Part shown: piece by piece, positions 61,055-64,000 of the stretch
How the letters are laid out: the number at the start of each line of letters is the position of its first letter
Position numbering within the stretch: the first letter of the stretch is position 1
Assembly (NCBI GenBank): GCA_963829055.1
Contig: CAWHHI010000008.1
Coordinates: 128,001-192,000, forward strand
Direction: 5' to 3'
Source of the DNA: an uncultured Gemmatimonadaceae bacterium
GTDB lineage: Bacteria > Gemmatimonadota > Gemmatimonadetes > Gemmatimonadales > Gemmatimonadaceae
DNA: 64,000 bases
Program-made: the position numbers and the translations under genes
Notes under the pieces: model-generated
The model's database searches: none
Told to the model about the DNA's origin: nothing
The model's input: the letters and a program-made list of their open reading frames with translations, nothing else

Positions 61055-61226
61055 GAAAAGAAAAAACCCCTGCGACGGGACAATTGCCCGTGCAGGGGAA
61101 TGGCGAGAGAGGAGGCTCGAGATCGCATGCCGGTGCGGTCTCTCCGGCTGCGCTGGACGGAACACGTCTTGTCGGCGTCGATCGTTCATCGGCCTCCGCG
61201 GCCAAGAAGTCGCCTGAGCCTCACGC
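61055..61226 (-). ncRNA. Candidate structured ncRNA/leader ending in an intrinsic terminator
   Basis: Closing stem GAGGCTC/GAGCCTC, internal hairpins, and terminator CCCCTGCACGGG...CCCGTCGCAGGGG-T6. Confidence 0.45.
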
Positions 61227-61236
61227 GCGGTATGAG

Positions 61237-61314
61237 TGCAGCGTGCGTGCCATCCGCGCAAGTCCGGGGCGCCGTCGCCCTCATGAATTCGACGCCCCAG
61301 TTACCAAAGAGTTA
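61237..61314 (-). promoter_or_regulatory. Sigma54 promoter (61237-61252) with IHF-like site (61302-61314)
   Basis: TGGCACGCACGCTGCA is one mismatch from TGGCACG-N4-TTGCW; TACCAAAGAGTTA is one mismatch from the IHF consensus. Confidence 0.6.
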
Positions 61315-61356
61315 CGCCTCAGCCAGCCTCTTGGTTCCAAGTGGCTCAGCCAAGCC

Positions 61357-61830
61357 TCAACTCACGACGGCAAGCTTTCCGAGACGACGCGCGGGATCGC
61401 GCAGCGCCGTAATGATCCGAACGGCCATCGCATCGAGGAACGTTCTGTCGGGCATCTCCGACCCAGGGAACGGCAGCGGAATGTCGAAGCCGTCGCTCTT
61501 CCGTCGCGGGATCAGGTGCACGTGATAGTGAAAGACGTTCTGCCCAGCGGCTTCACCGCTGTTCACGACGAGGTTCATGTCGCCGCAGCCAGAGACGTCG
61601 CGGATGATCGGAGCCAGCTGCATGCTGACTTCGAAGAGATGCATCGCGACTGCTGGCGGCACGTCGCAGAGCGACTCGTAATGATCTCGCGGAACGACCA
61701 GTACGTGGCCGCCGTTCACGGGTTGGATGTCCATGAACGCAATCGCCTCTGCGTCTTCGTAGCAGACGGAGACTTCGGAAGCGCCTTGAATCAGGTCACA
61801 GAAGATGCAATGAGCCGCGGTCCTGGACAT
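61357..61830 (-). CDS. HIT family hydrolase
   Basis: CIFC, DIQP..GGHVLVVP and AGQNVFHYHVHLIPR motifs. Confidence 0.93.
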   Translation of the reverse strand: MSRTAAHCIFCDLIQGASEVSVCYEDAEAIAFMDIQPVNGGHVLVVPRDHYESLCDVPPAVAMHLFEVSMQLAPIIRDVSGCGDMNLVVNSGEAAGQNVFHYHVHLIPRRKSDGFDIPLPFPGSEMPDRTFLDAMAVRIITALRDPARRLGKLAVVS

Positions 61831-61886
61831 GTGTATCTCGCGAGGAGGGACGTGGGTCTTCGCATGCACCACTGGTGCCACAGCAG

Positions 61887-61916
61887 AAAGGCCCGCAGAT
61901 GGCGTATCTGCGGGCC
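61887..61916 (-). terminator. Intrinsic terminator after the OmpA-family gene
   Basis: GGCCCGCAGAT-ACGCC-ATCTGCGGGCC-TTT on the minus strand. Confidence 0.65.
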
Positions 61917-61971
61917 CAAGTATTTGAGACTGTCCGGACGGTGGCGCATGCGCTACAGGTAGCGCGGTTCA

Positions 61972-63315
61972 CTACATCTTCACGAGCTCGACGCGGCGAT
62001 TGTTCTGTCGGCCTTCGGGCGTGTCGTTCGACCCCACCGGCTTGGTCGATCCGAGGCCTTTCGCAGTCAGGCGCGCGCCGTCGACTGAATAGTTGTCGAT
62101 CAGGAATTGCCGCACGGCGGCCGCACGCTTCTCGGAAAGGCCCTGATTGCTCGCGGCAGCACCAACGTTGTCGGTGTGGCCCTCAATGGTGAGCTTGAGG
62201 TCCGCGTGCTCCTTGAGCATTTCGCCGATTTCCTTGAGCGTCGGAGCGCTCTCGGGACGGATGCGGTCCGAGCCCGTGTCGAAGTAGATGCCCTGCGTCG
62301 ACGCGCGGCCCTTCTCGGCGATGGCGTCATACAGCTTTCTGCCGCCGGCGGCGACGCGGAAATTCCGGAAGTACGCCGGACTGTCGGCGGAAGCGTCGAA
62401 CATGATGAAGATCTTGTTCGCGCGCCCCAGCGTCGCGTTGGGCACGTTCGCGACGCGTGTACCGCCCATGTACACCTTCGCGTAGCGACCATCGACCATG
62501 ATGCGCGCGGTGAACGGCTTGTTCTGCGCGTCCTTGACCTGCCCCTTGGCGCGCTCGGTTCCGTCGCCGCCGAATACGCCGCCACCGCTCGTCGCGCTGT
62601 TGCCATCCCACGTCTTGAACACGACCTGGTCGCCGGCGCGGTCGTCGCGCTTACCAGCGAACGTGAGCGTGACGAACGGCCACGACGACGCAACGCCGAC
62701 GTGCTCGAACTCCACCGTGAAACGATCCGGAAGATTCTCGGGGAGCGGGATCTCGAACTGCCCGTCCGTCGTTGCGCGCAGCCAACGCGCGCCTTTCCAC
62801 TCGGCCACTTCCATGTTCCCCTTCACGAACTCGAGCCGCTTTGGAAAATCGCCGACGTTGTCCTTGGTGAAGTCATCGGCGAAGAGCACGCGCTCGCCCG
62901 GAACGAAGTCGAAGTTCACGAAGGCCGTCTCTTCCTTCGACTCGCCGGTACCCGATGCAGTCGCACTTGACGAATTCGCGCTCGACGCACTCGCGGCAGA
63001 CGTACTGGCGGCCGCAGCCGCTGGTGCACCACCCTTCGGGGCAGAGTCGTCGATCACAACCGTCTTGCCGTCGGACTTCGCCTTGTCCTGGCAGGCGGTA
63101 TCGCTGGTCGCACACTTGATGGTGTTCTCGGCTTTGTCGAGCGCGGCGTTCGTTGCCTGGGTGGCCTTCTGGTCGACCTTCTGCTCTGCGGTGCGTTTGG
63201 CTGCTTCGCTTGCCCGCTTCTTGAGTCGGTCACCCAGGCTCTGGGCGTCCGCGGCGGACGTCGCGATGCCCAGTGCGGCGACGAACATCGTGGCGATTGC
63301 GAACCGCTGCTGCAT
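61972..63315 (-). CDS. OmpA-family peptidoglycan-binding protein with an N-terminal ConA-like domain
   Basis: Signal peptide; IYFDTGS, IEGHTD, LSEKRA and NRRVE motifs; GGAGG RBS. Confidence 0.9.
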   Translation of the reverse strand: MQQRFAIATMFVAALGIATSAADAQSLGDRLKKRASEAAKRTAEQKVDQKATQATNAALDKAENTIKCATSDTACQDKAKSDGKTVVIDDSAPKGGAPAAAAASTSAASASSANSSSATASGTGESKEETAFVNFDFVPGERVLFADDFTKDNVGDFPKRLEFVKGNMEVAEWKGARWLRATTDGQFEIPLPENLPDRFTVEFEHVGVASSWPFVTLTFAGKRDDRAGDQVVFKTWDGNSATSGGGVFGGDGTERAKGQVKDAQNKPFTARIMVDGRYAKVYMGGTRVANVPNATLGRANKIFIMFDASADSPAYFRNFRVAAGGRKLYDAIAEKGRASTQGIYFDTGSDRIRPESAPTLKEIGEMLKEHADLKLTIEGHTDNVGAAASNQGLSEKRAAAVRQFLIDNYSVDGARLTAKGLGSTKPVGSNDTPEGRQNNRRVELVKM

Positions 63316-63660
63316 GAAAAATCCTCCGGAATGCACGCCCCATCTGCGAATCGGGGCATGGGTGTGGGAACGGCTCGGGTGGCGGTGACCCCGGTCCGGC
63401 AAACGTACGTTTTGAGCCGGGCAATCTCGCGCTGTGTACGCGGCGGCGTCAACGGCCGGGTCGCGTAGCCGGGTAGAGAACGTCTCGTGCAGACCGCCCC
63501 AGGGTAAACGAATGAACTGGGCGCCGCCTCTCACGCATTCGGCCGTGTCAGCAACTGTCAGGCGGAGTATCTTTCGCGCGCGCAACGCGCGGTCTGCGAT
63601 TCGCATGCTGCCAGTGGCGATCTACCGATCGCACACCGTCACTTTTCCTGGAGACCATCC

Positions 63661-64000
63661 TTGGCCACTCAGACGCGCGGCGAGAAGAAAGGGCTAGCCG
63701 GCCTGTCCGGCGACCAGCTCGTTGCCGCCTACCGCACGATGCTCCTGTCGCGCAAGCTCGACGACAAGGAGATCCAGCTCAAGCGACAGAACAAGATCTT
63801 CTTCCAGATATCGGGCGCCGGGCACGAAGCCGTCCTGACCGCGGCCGCCATGGCGCTGCGTCCGTCGTACGACTGGTTCTTCCCGTACTATCGCGACCGC
63901 GCGCTGTGCCTCGCCGCTCGGGATGACGCCGGCCGAGATGCTGTATGAAGCGGTTGGGGCCGCAATCGATCCCAACTCTGGCGGGCGACAGATGCCGAGC
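63661..64000 (+). CDS. 2-oxoacid dehydrogenase E1 component (alpha or fused alpha/beta), 5' part; frameshift near 63915
   Basis: [31 protein letters not shown] and [10 protein letters not shown] motifs. Confidence 0.88.

Noticed and set aside
60644..61226. HNH plus upstream RNA as IscB/HEARO (OMEGA) or a Cas9-like system
   Set aside because: The protein is only 132 aa with no PLMP/RRXRR or RuvC motifs, and there are no transposon ends or CRISPR repeats.
63320..63660. Possible c-di-GMP-I riboswitch (GGCAAAC/GGCAAT) in the ompA-E1 intergenic region
   Set aside because: The GNRA-capped P2, the CGCAAAG junction and P1 pairing could not be found.
3870..63948. Frameshifts in about 12 genes (GNAT, MTase, GH15, xdhC, M14, fimT-like, kinase, PBP1A, nadE, M56, E1) as programmed frameshifting, phase variation or pseudogenes
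   Set aside because: Those examined are single extra bases with no slippery or simple-repeat context. They hit important genes such as nadE and PBP1A and cluster locally, which is best explained by long-read or consensus errors.
1..64000. tRNA, rRNA, CRISPR arrays, prophage or IS elements
   Set aside because: No cloverleaf or T-loop signature, regularly spaced repeats, transposase, integrase or phage genes were recognised.

Overview
64 kb of a GC-rich (roughly two-thirds G+C) bacterial chromosome. Gene content and style suggest Gemmatimonadota (inference only). It is mostly core or housekeeping: the lpdA end and a serB/aminotransferase/serA serine cluster; an ECF sigma/anti-sigma/Spy-like locus; an orphan N6-adenine DNA methyltransferase; a Flp pilin; an otsA-otsB-GH15 trehalose operon; an XdhC/MoeA-like/IscU/MocA Moco-maturation operon ending in a beta-lactamase-family/VanX fusion; ispH; an HrpB-like helicase; pfkA; an M14 peptidase; a DEAD-box helicase; a DUF4331 pair; two tandem Ser/Thr kinases; Lon; PBP1A; Gln-dependent NadE; BlaI/BlaR1-like; Ada; HNH; HIT; OmpA; and the start of a 2-oxoacid dehydrogenase E1. 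About a dozen genes carry single-base frameshifts, most likely read or assembly errors. No rRNA, tRNA, CRISPR, prophage or IS element was found. The best leads are: (1) a hidden SelW/Rdx selenoprotein with an in-frame UGA and a SECIS hairpin, translationally coupled to pfkA; (2) an asymmetric CGTTAGG/CCTAACG motif strongly over-represented throughout coding DNA via rare codons; (3) a candidate sigma54-driven ~170-nt structured ncRNA or leader directly upstream of an HNH nuclease gene; (4) an HrpB-like helicase with motif Ia placed before the Walker A motif; (5) a matched pair of ECF promoters defining a small regulon; (6) tandem kinases with a TM-hairpin plus coiled-coil C-terminus.
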